64,000 nucleotides of DNA from Neoconidiobolus thromboides FSU 785. Its lineage: Eukaryota; Fungi; Entomophthoromycota. The translations under genes and the position numbers were made by a program. Within the stretch, counting starts at the first letter, position 1; every line of letters begins with the position of its first letter. The stretch spans positions 186,001 through 250,000 of the forward strand of contig MU626262.1 of assembly GCA_025603075.1 (NCBI GenBank). Direction: 5' to 3'. The notes beneath the pieces are model-generated. The model was not told the origin of the DNA. It made no database searches and saw only the letters and a list, made by a program, of their open reading frames with translations. Shown piece by piece: positions 51,732 through 64,000 of the stretch.

Positions 51732-53494
51732 ATGGACAGTGATTTGATAGTGACTCTAGTTTATTTCTTAATCATCTTCTTAGGCATCTTGTTCTTTATC
51801 GTTTTATATTATATTAGCAATAAAAAGGAGATTGAGGTTAGAGTGATTGAAAGGATAAATGCGCAGAAAGCGATAGAAACTTTAGTAAACAATGTAGCCA
51901 AACAGTTTAGAACCTTAATCGAGTTGCCACTAACATGGAAAAAATTTAAATTATTAACCATCATTCAATGTTTATCTTGGTTAATGTTCTTTTTATTCCT
52001 ATCAAGTATAGCTGTGTTAATAGTAGGTGGGGTCAACCAGTCAAACACTTCTCAGTTTCAATTATTAAAAATCGGAACGTTTATTTATGTTTTAAGTTTA
52101 AATTTATATTTTATCTCAAGACAGTATATTTATTATCAAAAACAAAATTTAACACAACTACACGACCCAAGATTTATTGCTTTGGCTAACACCAATTTCA
52201 ATCACTTTGAAAGGAACTGGGCTAACTATATGCAAATTGCTGTTTTAGGTCTAGAATTTTTACAGTTGTTATCTTTTCCAATTCAAGACATTATCTCTTC
52301 AGTTTCAACACCACAAGGGTTTAGAGATAGTAATGGCGTCGATCCTCAGGCTATTGTTTCAATAGCTTCTCTTTTACCTAATATTTCAGTTCGTTTTTAC
52401 CTAATCCAGTTTTGGACTTGTATGGGGGTAGTATTGTTTACTTCATTTACTTCTGTAATATTACACTTTTACAATAATCGTTTCATCCCTGGCATCTCTT
52501 TATTTTGGGTCTCTCATCTTGTTCCTTTAGTGGTAATTTTAATTTTAATTTAATGTTTCTTATTTTCTAATAAACTTATTTTAGCATGTCGCATATCTGC
52601 CCATTTTGGTAAGTATCAAATCTCATTAGACAATATTTTTATACCGTTATATTTATAATATTAATTTTATTCAACTAGGTAACCTTTATAAACTCAGCAG
52701 CCTGCTTGTTAGGCGATGGAGGAGATAACTCTTCTTCTGTAACTCAACTATTAAAATGTGAAAGACAAGTCGTTCAGCCCCAATTATATTTATGGTTATC
52801 TTTACTTGGATTTACATTAGCTTACCTTATGTTAACTGTATTTGTTACTTCTTACGAACGTAAACCACTAGAAGGAGATATTGAATTTAAGTCAAAAGGA
52901 GTAGCTTTTATTAAAAATATGAGTAGGATTATGTCTATTTGGTTATTATTTAACTAAGTCAATTAATTAGGTTTGCTGCTTACTATTGATTTTACTTTAA
53001 TACCCGTAGAATATACAAAGCTAAAAGGTGTATTTTCTGTTATTATATTAACTGCTGTTGTAATTTATTCTATACATTCTAGACCATGCTATGTATCACA
53101 GGTATGCTGTTTTATATTTTATTCAATAGTAGATAATAATTAACGATAATAGATAAATTATTGGCGTACAATTGGGTTTTGTTGTATATTGTGGTCTGCA
53201 TTACCAGTAGCCATATTAGACTTAAAGTCCATTGGTATCATAGCAATTGTCATCATTATACTATCAGGGTGGGTTTTTATATTATTCTTAAGCTTGCTTG
53301 GCCGATATTGTACCTCTTCTAATTTAATTACTACTCCTATACAGCCTGTTTTAACTGTTTCTCAGAATAATACAGATATGACTCAAAACGAAGATTACAT
53401 TAATCATAGAGTTCCCCTTAAAGGTCAATCTAAACTTATTTTAGGAGATTCTACGCTGGAAAGAATTTCTTACATTCTTAATGAAAAGGCTTGA
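51732..53494 (+). CDS. Uncharacterized polytopic membrane protein, multi-exon including a 24-nt microexon
   Basis: ORF 51732-52532, microexon 52585-52608, exon from 52679 and last ORF ending 53494 are all hydrophobic and linked by GT-AG introns. Confidence 0.7.
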
Positions 53495-53699
53495 TTTCAG
53501 TGATTTGATATGGTATTATAATGTATTATCTTATATAGACTTATTGTCATTTTCTATCTAATTTAACAAATAGTAAATTTTGTATTATATGTATTATTAA
53601 TATCGTATTATTTGTAATTTCTAAATATATGATCATATTAATAAAGTGTATTTAAAATATTTACTTGCTTTATTAAATAATCTATTTAATTATAGAATA

Positions 53700-55073
53700 T
53701 TAATTAAAAACATCCATGCTTATCCCTTCTCTTTTCTTTAAACTTAAAACTCTAATGATACAGAAAAGTAAGAAGCTCATTCCTGACATACCAATAGAAT
53801 AATAAATTAAATAATTGTAATTGCGACTCTTATCAAATATTAATCCAGCTAAAGAAGGACCAGCAAGATCCCCAAGTCCAGTAGGCGCATAGGCAATACC
53901 TAAAATAGTAGCTAGATTTTGAGTCCCAAAGAGTTCAGCACAAGCAGTAGTAAACCCACCTGCAAATCCACCATTGGGTAAGCCAAATAAAACTGCAAAG
54001 ACTAAAAGGGTGGTATAGCTTGAAGCAAAATTCCAAATGAGTAAAAAAGCAGTTGAAGCACCTAGACACCCAATAAATACATTGAGATGACCTAAATGAT
54101 CACTAATGACTCCTAAGAAGACTCTACCAACAGCGGACATACCATTGATAATGGCTAAAAGAGTAGCACCCTGTTGCTTTGTATGTCCCATATCCGTGGT
54201 ATAATTAGGAATATAATAAAGTGGCACTAAATAACCAAAGCTAGCAAACATCATTGCAAACATGAATAAAATAAATTTCAAGTTAACTAAAGGTTTTAAA
54301 CTTGTCTTTTCTTGAGTTTGTTTTTCCAAGTTAAATGGGATACGTGGCTTAACCACAAGTGCTGAAAATACTAATAAAACGAAATATATGATTGCATTAT
54401 ATCTTAAGGTCCATGCATAGCCTACTGTGGATAGCAAATATTCATTTAAAAGTGCAAATATCAATCCTCCTACTCCAGAACCTGCTGTACCAAACCCTAC
54501 TGCTACTCCCCTTCTTTTTTCAAACCATTGAATGACTACTGAGTTTGCTGGTACATAAATCAATGCTCCTCCTACACCAAAGATAAACCCTTGTGTTATT
54601 ATCAGGTGCCAGATCTAGTTTTAGAAATTAATATTAATATTAGTAAGTGAATAAATAATCTTTACCTCAGTAGAAAATGAAGCCAGCACATGGGAAACTG
54701 CAATAATGGCTCCTCCTATTAAGGTACAAATTCTAAACCCATAGCGATCGCATAAATTGCCAGTAATAATTGAAGATATGGCTAATGTTGTAGGTGCCAC
54801 TGTGCCAATTAGAGAAATGTATGCTTTCTCACTTTTTGGGAATACAGTGTTAGAATAATGCTCAATGTATACACCAAAGGCGTTCGCTATCCCAAATGAG
54901 CAAGCTTGCATTAAAAAGCTTGCTAGTACTACTAACCAGCCATAAAGACTATCAGGTTCTGGAGCGAACGTTTCTTTTGATGCTATTGCTTTAACTTCTT
55001 CCGTCTTCAATTTTGAGTCTAAACTGTTCACCGTTGATGTACGATATATTGTATCAATTGTTGTTTGTTCCAT
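53700..55073 (-). CDS. Monocarboxylate-transporter-like MFS protein (MCT/Mch family), 2 exons
   Basis: Exons 55073-54666 and 54614-53700. PDSLYGWLVVLASF, QWFEKRRGVAVG, GRVFLGVISD. Confidence 0.92.
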
Positions 55074-55852
55074 TTTTATATGGTTTAAAAAGTGAAGAAA
55101 AATTTAAAAGAATAAATGTGAGAGAATAAAGGAATTTGTTATTTATATCAGCTCTTATCTCACATCCTTTTTCTTTTTGTATTAAAGGCCGAGCAGTATA
55201 ACTCGTTATCTAATATTTGTGCTTCTTTTTTGAGTTTTGGCTAGGGTTAGGCCACTTTTTCACTTTACTCTTAATTCTTAAGCTGATAATTAGGAATAAA
55301 TGGGCAATAAAAAAATCTGAATAATGGATTTAGTCATTTGTATTGGTGTAACTTATCTATAAACCCAATAGTTAAGCTTTGGTAAATTAATAAAGATGAC
55401 AATAAATACTGCCCAATTATTCATATTATATCGGCATTTAAAACTTATTTAGTAGTTTAATATTATTAAAGTAAATTAAGGGTTATTACTAAGATTTACA
55501 GAATTTAATAAAATAAATAGCATGATGTTTATTTTATAGTTATTTTATCCATTTTTAAAAAATACTAATGGATTACTTAGCCATCCTTTATTTGTATTAT
55601 TGCTATTTTATAATTGATTTTATTATTTATTAATACCAATATTATTTTCTTTTGCAAATAATATTAGAAAAAAACTAATGAAACAAAGTTAAAATCAACC
55701 AAAATTAAATAAGCACAAAATAACAATACTTTAATAAACACTAGTTTGATATAAAATGTGGGGTTGTTATAACGTAAATCAACAAAAAAACTTAATTCAT
55801 TTTTTCTTAATATTTTCGTTATCTTTATTTAATCTTAGACAAACACGAAAAA

Positions 55853-56332
55853 ATGCTTCAACTTAATAGATTCTGCTTATTTATACTATTGTTATCCACC
55901 AATCTAATATTATGTGACAGTACAGTCCCAGACCCATTACCAGAGATATGTTATAGCGGCGGAGTATTAACTAATCCATGCAAAGGAACCAGCTGTGCCC
56001 CGTGCTGGGTACAACAACCGGATGGCAAATGGGCATGTTATGATTATCTAGCAGATGGCTCTTGCCAATGGGGAGAAGACGTTGGTAATCGAGTCAAAAA
56101 TAGAAATAGCCCAAATAGCTCCAATAATTCAAATAATAATGGTAATAGCAATGATAATGGGTCTGTTACCGTCATTACAGAAGCTGGTCATGATGGCGCT
56201 ACTACTGTTACAGCTAGGAAGGTTTCGTCAACTAAATTAGTGATAGTGACTAAAACTATTTCTGCGGGTTTTGGTCATTCAGTGGATGCTCTTTATTTCT
56301 ATTTGTTGGTTGCAATATTAATTTGTTTTTAA
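55853..56332 (+). CDS. Small secreted, probably GPI-anchored protein with a 6-Cys domain
   Basis: Signal peptide, CYSGG..NPCKGTSCAPCW....GKWACYD...GSCQW, N/S/T-rich stalk, hydrophobic C-terminus. Confidence 0.8.
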   Translation: MLQLNRFCLFILLLSTNLILCDSTVPDPLPEICYSGGVLTNPCKGTSCAPCWVQQPDGKWACYDYLADGSCQWGEDVGNRVKNRNSPNSSNNSNNNGNSNDNGSVTVITEAGHDGATTVTARKVSSTKLVIVTKTISAGFGHSVDALYFYLLVAILICF

Positions 56333-56624
56333 TAAACTATTTATATTAAATCTACTTCATTATTGACATAAATATAGTCCACAAATTATATATGGTCAAT
56401 CGAATAATATATAATGTACTATATCCACCATATATTAAAAAAATTACATTAGTAATTAAATATGCTATATGATTCACGTTTATTTTAATGCTATTCAACG
56501 GATAAATGAAAAATTGTTTTTTAAGTAATGTTATAAGATTGTTTACTAAAATAGTAAATAACATTAACTAGTTAAAGTCAAAATTCAATTTAACTATATT
56601 TTATTTTATTATTATTATTATATT

Positions 56625-57949
56625 TTAGTATTTTAACTCATATAAAAAGTTATGGATATATTTGTTTACAACCGTTGAATTCACGAAATGAATCCAATGA
56701 CCTCCATTTTCCACATACTATAAATTCAATATTAATATTGTATAAATAATGATAAAGATACTAACTTTGGTAGTGATATCCCTGATGAATCTAATATAGG
56801 TATCAGCAGTAGCACTCAAAAAGTCATTTTGACCTAAGATCTAATTAAGTGGGTAATTAGATCTTTTACGTTGATAAATAATCAATACTAAATTTACCTG
56901 CAATGATTTTACTAGAATATTTAAATTGGGCTTTTTTAAATCGTTACTGTCATTTAGCTTACTTGTACGATACCAATTAATAGAGTTATTAAATCCTTGG
57001 ATTGAATACTGACTGTGTAAATAGTGCATGAACTAATTGTAAATAAATTATCCGTTATATGTTATTGCCACAATTACCTTTTCATCAGGATAAATATCGT
57101 CTGTTTTATTTAAAGTATCATAGTACTCAAGTAAACTCATATTTAAAGGTACCTGTACTCTTTTATCGCTAAGTTTGCTTTTGTTAGTGGCCCAAAACAT
57201 TTTTAATACTTTATCAATATTATTATTAAATTCAGTTATATTTCCTTGATTTAACGCCACCTAATAATATACAGTAAGTATATATTCACATCCATGTAGT
57301 ATTACTAGTTATTACTTGATACCCGTAAACTGGGTTTATAATAGCTTTTTCTAACTCTGTTTTTGGAGTACTTAAATTAGGCGTATAAGGTGAAGAGAAA
57401 GAAATAAATCCTTTAACATAATTCGGAAATTTATAAGCTAATTCCCACCCCAATTTACTACCCCAATTATGGCCGATAACAACCACTTTATCTTTTTTTA
57501 ATTGTTTGACTATATGTATTACATCATTTGATAACCTATCAAAAGTATAATACTCCAAATCGTTTTTTATGACTGTGGTGCCATATCCTGCCATATCTAA
57601 AGAAATGGCTCGATAGTTTAATTTGTTAACTAAATAGTCAATTTGATACTTCCAGGTATACCAGGACTAAATAGAAAGTATTAGAAATAGTAAATTGTAA
57701 AAAACAAAATTTTACTTCTGGAAAACCATGTAATAGTACTACTAATGGTGCTTCACATGGACCTTGATCTACATAATCTACATTGAAACAATAATGGCGT
57801 TAATATTTGAGCTTGAAACAATATTCTATAGTATTACGATAGATACCACTTGGTAATTGAATGTATTTATGATTAAAAGAGCTTGGATCACTAATGTTAA
57901 AGGCAGATATATACGTTATAAATACAGTTAATAGCAACTTGAGCCACAT
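56625..57949 (-). CDS. Epoxide-hydrolase-like alpha/beta hydrolase with signal peptide; nucleophile Asp replaced by Asn
   Basis: MWLKLLLTVFITYISA-FNISDP, LLHGFPE, GHNWG, YGYQ, NWYR, GGHWIH; multi-exon. Confidence 0.85.
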
Positions 57950-58675
57950 TTTAAATGATTAAAAAAGGATTTAAGGTTTTTTTGGTTGATGTTTTATCCA
58001 ATTTTTGTTTATATATTTTTTTCGATTCAGCCTTAAATGTTAGCTTTTTTTGTACTTTGATTTAAAGCTGTTAATAAAATGATATCTTGCATCGCATTAA
58101 AAATATTTTAATTGGGATTTATTAAAGTAAATATATCGCTTTTAATATTGTTTATTATTAACTTATCTAAACAATATTAAAGTTAGTACTATTTATTGCC
58201 TTATTTTTATTTAAAACTAATCCATTAATTATATGATATTTCCTATCATATTTATTGATAAATTTTAAAATATGTCGAAAAGGATAGATTATTCTTCTTG
58301 ATACAGTTAGATATTAATTTATTTAATTTTGCTCCTTTAATTTGTTTTAATTTTTATTATTAAAAGTAGATGTCCACTTATAACATTTGAACCTTAAATC
58401 TACTTATCTTTAAATAGTCATTTATCTGTTTATTAATATTGTTTCTACTTAAAATGCTTGAAGAATAAGTCATTTACTATCATTTGATCGCAATATTAAA
58501 CTAAACCTCTAATGGTAATGAATAAAAGAAAGGTAATTGTGATGTTTAGATTATTATGGTGAGTATAATTGAAATAAAAAAAGTGATAAGGTTCAACTCA
58601 ACATAATCAAACCAAAATGCCAAAAATGCAAATTAACATTATATTAAATTTTTAGTTACTGTAATACAACAAATT

Positions 58676-58769
58676 GCTCCTGTAGCAAAGTGGTTTAATG
58701 CGTCGTGCTTATAAGTAAAATTATACCTTAGACACGCGAAGGTCGCGGGTTCGATCCCCGCCAGGAGCA
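58676..58769 (+). tRNA. tRNA-Ile(UAU) with 20-nt intron (58714-58733)
   Basis: GCTCCTG/CAGGAGC acceptor stem, D arm, TCGTG/CGCGA anticodon stem, anticodon TAT at 58710-58712, GCGGG-TTCGATC-CCCGC T arm, downstream T runs. Confidence 0.93.
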
Positions 58770-59169
58770 TATAATTTTATTATTTTTAACGTTGATTTAA
58801 CTAAATTTACTCAGATTCAATCTTGAATGGTGGAAAACATACTTTTATATGATGCTTACAAAAGCAATTGGACATTCAGATTTTAATTTTTTTTGTAAAA
58901 TTAAAAATATTTACATATTCATGGTTAGCAGGATTATTTTACTATATTTTTTAAAATTTCAAAAACTCCTTTCAACCTAATAATGACGTGACGTTTTTGA
59001 TCCAGTAACGTAGACATGATTGAAATCAGTATAAAAATTCGAGATTTCGATTAAAATGATAGTAAAAAGAAAGAACATTTAAATCCAAAAATAGCAATAG
59101 TATTAGAATTAATCTTTGATTGAGTTTTTATTTCTCTTTTATATATATTCGAAATCAATTTAAGAAAAA

Positions 59170-60450
59170 ATGCTACTTCAATTTAATGTAGATGACCCTA
59201 AATCTTATCATCATAAAGACATTCAAATAAAAGACAAAGTATATCGTAAGCATTAGTTTATCTAAGCACAAAAGTATAAACCGAAGTTTTAGATTATGTT
59301 GAGGAGGGTATAGGAAATGGTCCTTATGTGCTGTTAATCCACGGTTTTCCCGAAGTAATAAGAATTTGTTTTCAAATACTACTTTTATTCTTTTGTTTTA
59401 TAGTCTTGGTATTCATGGAAGTATCAAATTGAGTTTTTAGTAAAAAAGGGCTATCGTATAGTTGCTTTTGATATGCCAGGCTATGGTCAAACTAAAGTAG
59501 AAGATAACTTGGAAAATTATACTTTTAAAACAATTGCTGAAGATATTTATCAAATTTTCATAAACCATTTTAAACAAAATAAAGTGTTTGTTATCGCTCA
59601 TGATTGGGGTAGTTTCGTAGGTTGGGAGTTAGCATATCGTTATCCTGAAAATATATTAGGATACATTAGTTTGAGTATCCCATATACACCCAGTCGAGGT
59701 AAGCCAAAGACTGAAAGAGAGAAAGCCGAAGCAAACCCAGTACTTGGTTATCAAGTAAGTGCTATCGAATATTATAATATCTTTCAATTTATTTTAAGGT
59801 TGCTTTGAACGAAGGGAATATCGAAGAGTTTGATAAAAATATCGAAAAGTTTCTCAAATCCTTTTATATTAAAGTGGGAAATTTCAGGGGATCTAACTAT
59901 CTCCATGTTCCATTAAACAAGTCCCTTTTTGAACATTTTGACTCATTTGATACTTCGAAATCGGAATATATTGATGACAATGTAATCTTTTTTATATGAT
60001 CGAACAACTAATCATATCAATTTTTTATAGTATTTGAACTATTTAATCAGCCAATTTAAAATACAAGGTACAAAAGGTCCAACTAATTGGTATCGTACAA
60101 GTAAATTAAATGGGATTGTTGATCAGCAAAAACCACATTTTGATATCAAAATAAAGTGTTTACAGGTATGAGTTTTAAACATATTACTTGATATATCAAC
60201 GTAATAATGTCATTATTATAGATTTTAGGTACTAAAGATTTTGCAACTGCATTTAAGGATTATGGAAAAGATTATTTAAAAGATTGTTCCACTGAGGTAT
60301 TGGGTAATAAAGTTATTTTTTTACTGATATTTTATATTTTAGGTAATCCATGGCGGACACTGGATTCATTATTTTGATCATGTTAAAGTGAACTCTTTGA
60401 TTGAAAAGTTTTTAACCAAGACTGCAATTTCTAAACAAAATAAATTATAA
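59170..60450 (+). CDS. Soluble epoxide-hydrolase-like alpha/beta hydrolase with catalytic motifs intact, multi-exon
   Basis: LIHGFPE, AHDWG, LGYQ, NWYR, GGHWIH; ends ...QNKL*; shares several intron positions with the 56625-57949 paralog. Confidence 0.88.
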
Positions 60451-60769
60451 CTTTTTATCGAACTATTCCAGTTATTGATTTTCTCTTTTCATAAAGTTTT
60501 ATATTCGTCCATTACGACTTTAAAGTCTGGGTTATATAATATCCATCAACTATGTTTTTTAATTGTTTAATTAAACTATAATACTGGGTGGATAGGTATT
60601 ATAGGTGTTAGTAAAATCTTAAGTTTGAAATTTGATCTGAAGATAATATAAAAATACTAACACATCAAACAAAAATTATTGATAAAGCGCTAATTCTTTA
60701 TATTATATTAAGTTGTTGTAGTTTGAAAATAATATTAAATAGACATGGCTATTCTAAAATTCAAGGTTT

Positions 60770-60866
60770 GGGGATGTTTTCTGGCTTCATTACTTTTTCC
60801 ATCTTTTAAGCATTATTTGAGTGAAAAGATTGTTAGTAAAATTGTTAAACACAAAAATACATCCCC
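60770..60866 (+). mobile_element. MITE family A copy 23
   Basis: Consensus match; GTTT/ATTT. Confidence 0.9.
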
Positions 60867-61498
60867 ATTTCCTATTAAGTTTATAGTTTGAGTTGTCATA
60901 TTTTTCAACCAATAGTTTATTTCCAAAAAATGAGACAAAATTACTAATATTATTTTAAATAAACTCAAAAAAGATTCCAAGACTTTTAACCCTTTTATAA
61001 ATTTCTCTTTAAATTTTCATTATCAACAAACTGCTAATGATATATCTTCAATATTTTCAAACAAAGTATTTAAAATAAATAATTAAATAGCAATAAACTC
61101 AAAGAACATTATCTTAAAAAGTAGCTTAGTCATTACTTCACTTGATTGATATTAAAATATGCATTAACTTATGCAGAAATTTAAACTAATAAAAACTATT
61201 TTTGAGATTATATGATTTGAATGAAAAAACTGAACTTAAGTTTAAATTGTTTATTTCTTCGAATTTGATTTGATTTACTAAAAGACTATATAAGTAATCT
61301 ATATTAGTGAATCTATTGAAACTAAGCAAACAAAGCACTCCTCCAAAAAGTCTTAAGGTATTTAATTAATACTGTTCTATTTAATTTCTCACTATTTAGA
61401 GGGCGATATTTTTGTTAAATCCCCTTATCGTTAAATTTTTAATTTATACTGATAATGATTTTATTTTTTACTTAAATTACTTTTTAATACTAAAAAGA

Positions 61499-63773
61499 AT
61501 GTCTAGGGATTTATATGACAGAGAGAGGAACGAAACCTATTTAAACTCAAACTCAACTAATTATCAAGAAGATGAAAGGTTCCCTACCGGACTTAAAGAA
61601 AGGACGAATGAAATGACCATAGGGTCGCCGCGTGCTAGATCAAATTCGACTTCTAGATCCTCATCAAAAGTACGGTTTAATGACAATTGTTATCACTCAA
61701 ACTCAAACCCGTCTATAAGGGCAAACGAAAACCAAGACTACAACCCTCATCCTCATGATGGAAATAGTTATCAAAACGAGCATACAGCTGCTTACAGAAG
61801 GTATAAAAGCCGCAGCCGTAGTCTAAGTCGATCAAAAAGTCCAATTGCTCATCACCCAGGATTAAGTTACCCAACCGGAGATACCGCTGATCCAGTTGAT
61901 CAAACTGAACCAACCACACATTCTAGGGAAGGGCTTAGAGAAAATAGGAATGATAGAGACGATTGGTATTATAATAAACAAAGAGGTTGGGATGATCGAG
62001 ACGTAGCATATAGGAGTAGAGACTACCTTGAAAGTAATCCCGGTTATCGTTCTAGGTCTCATAGACACGAGGATGACTTGTCACCAGGAGAAAGGGAGTA
62101 TAGTAGAGATTACCACTATTCTAGGGGGAGGCGTAAACCTTATTTTGATCATTATGCTGGCTCAGGCTATCACGGGTTGGATAGGAGGAGAGAAAGAGAC
62201 AGCTACCCTTCTAGATTTGACAGCAGACCTAGGTTTAATCGTTTCCGACCCAGAGAATACAGATGGGACTATGGTGATTCAAGGGGAAGGGCTCGAAATA
62301 GAAGTAGAGAATACTCTCGAAGGGATCACAGCCCTTCGCCTAGATACTATGGCCGAGAAAGCATACAAAGTCCAGGTAATTTGATAGTTCGTCATTTATA
62401 ATAATTTTTAAAGATAACTAGATAGTGGATATGGAAGAGGATTTGATCCTAGGGAAAGAGAGTTAGACAGAGAGCTTCAATTAAGATATGGCGATAAATT
62501 TGGGAGAGATTTTTCAAGGGCAGAATCAAGATCACCAACTCGCTCAGCTGTTAAACCACAGATGTTGGCAAGATCAAGGTCACAATCTCCATTAAGTTCG
62601 GGTAAATCAGAAGAAGGAGCACTGACACCTTCACCTAAACCACTATCACCATTGAATAATGAGACTGCAACAAATGGTATTGAAAATAAGTTTAAGGAAA
62701 TGAGCATTGAAAATGGCCCCAGTAAAGACGGTTTTTCTCAAGCAAAAAGCGTAGGGAATATCGACTCTCAGGAAAAGAATGATGTTATTAAAGTGGAGGA
62801 AAATAATTTGTCGTATTCAAGAGAATCTTTACAAGATGAAATAAAATCTAGTCATGATTCTAAGACTTTTGTAAGAGAAGAAGAAATCACTGTATCATTT
62901 GTATCAAACACAACCCCCGCAGAATCTTTAAATACAGTTGTTGAATCAACTACAAATGATTATTTTCAGGCTCAGGCTGAAAATCAAAATATGCTGTTAC
63001 ATAATTCAACTCAAACTTTAGAAGCACCTTATTATATTCGACATCTTAACAGGGAACCAACTGAGAGCGTCAAAAGTGACCAGAACCTTCATCTGAATGA
63101 GTCGTTTAATTTACCTGAGAGACAAGAAGCCTATGAAAATAACAAAACATCAGATTCTCCGTTTCAAAGTAATGCGCCTCATTGGCATAATCCGCCATCT
63201 CAAAGTGACAAGCCTGAAACTTTGCTGCCTCAGCCACCGACTATGATGCCTAATCTTCACCATCAGCCTATTAATAACTTGAACCTAATAAACTCAGTCA
63301 ACCTACCTAAAAGCAATCCGTTCCGCTCAGCCAAACCAGTGATTTCGCACCCTATACCTGTCCGCAAAGAACCTTTAAGAGAAAAGCCACGACCAGATTG
63401 GACACCTCCTAATCCACGATTTGGGTCGAGTGAACATCGACCCAATACCTGGAACTCAGCACCAAGGTCTTCGCCCATTACCCATGGCTTCACTAGAGGT
63501 CCTTTTCCACGAAGGCCTTCAAGGGCAGTTAATCGACGTAAACCGGATTTCTTATTGGAATACGAATGCCAGCTGTATCCTCACCCATGGCCTGAAGAAA
63601 TCAACAATGAGTTCTTAATGCGTCGACAGGAACTTGTTAAAGTTGGTAGAGCGAATATTGATATTTTAACGGATCTAGCACGTACTCAGTTTGAACTGGA
63701 ATTATTGGAGTTGGAGGTGTTTAGGTTGGAAAGTGCCTTGCAAACTAAAGAACTAAAGGAAGCTTTGGATTGA
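61499..63773 (+). CDS. Arg/Ser-rich disordered protein with C-terminal coiled coil, 2 exons
   Basis: Exons 61499-62375 and 62422-63773 are in frame. RS/RD/RE repeats, Pro-rich middle, helical C-terminus. Confidence 0.8.
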
Positions 63774-64000
63774 ATTTGAAAAGAGAATATGATTATAACG
63801 GATTGAGTATTAAGAGATTAGTGTTTTTTATAATTGTTTGCTAGTGATATGTGGTTTAGTTTTTAGTTTAACTTGAATAAAAACTTTGCTATATTATAAT
63901 GTTTTTGGTTTGTCTAATGATTTTTATATAGCTGTTTGTCGTGATGTAGGTTTATGATAAGTAGCAATATTAAATACGAATAATAGTTTAAGTTGAAAGA

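Noticed and set aside
874-60866. MITE copies as CRISPR or REP-like repeats
   Set aside because: The genome is eukaryotic, and the copies are dispersed in both orientations with TIRs and TSDs, without regular spacers or cas genes.

Overview
Eukaryotic, very AT-rich fungal DNA with short (about 45-65 nt) GT-AG introns. An early-diverging lineage such as Zoopagomycota is my inference from intron style and gene content. About 23 protein-coding genes can be rebuilt by hand: ADAM protease 3' end, four MFS transporters, Rap1/Rsr1, a plant-ASCH-family/toxin-like protein, bL32m, PARP, an APSES factor, Nudix, Mog1, PHAF1, NIPA, Rab11, Ykt6, a degenerate Hv1-like voltage sensor, two epoxide-hydrolase-like paralogs flanking an intron-containing tRNA-Ile(UAU), and several orphans. 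The main non-genic structure is a ~98-bp MITE present in 23 copies, with G-rich termini and 4-bp AWWT target duplications. It sits alongside a ~1.3-kb TIR element carrying a transposase-like remnant, and together they suggest a Sola-like family. Other leads are transition-hypermutated repeat remnants, a prokaryote-type intronless MFS gene, and a secreted hydrolase paralog with Asp->Asn at the nucleophile. All family assignments are from motif recognition; no searches were run.
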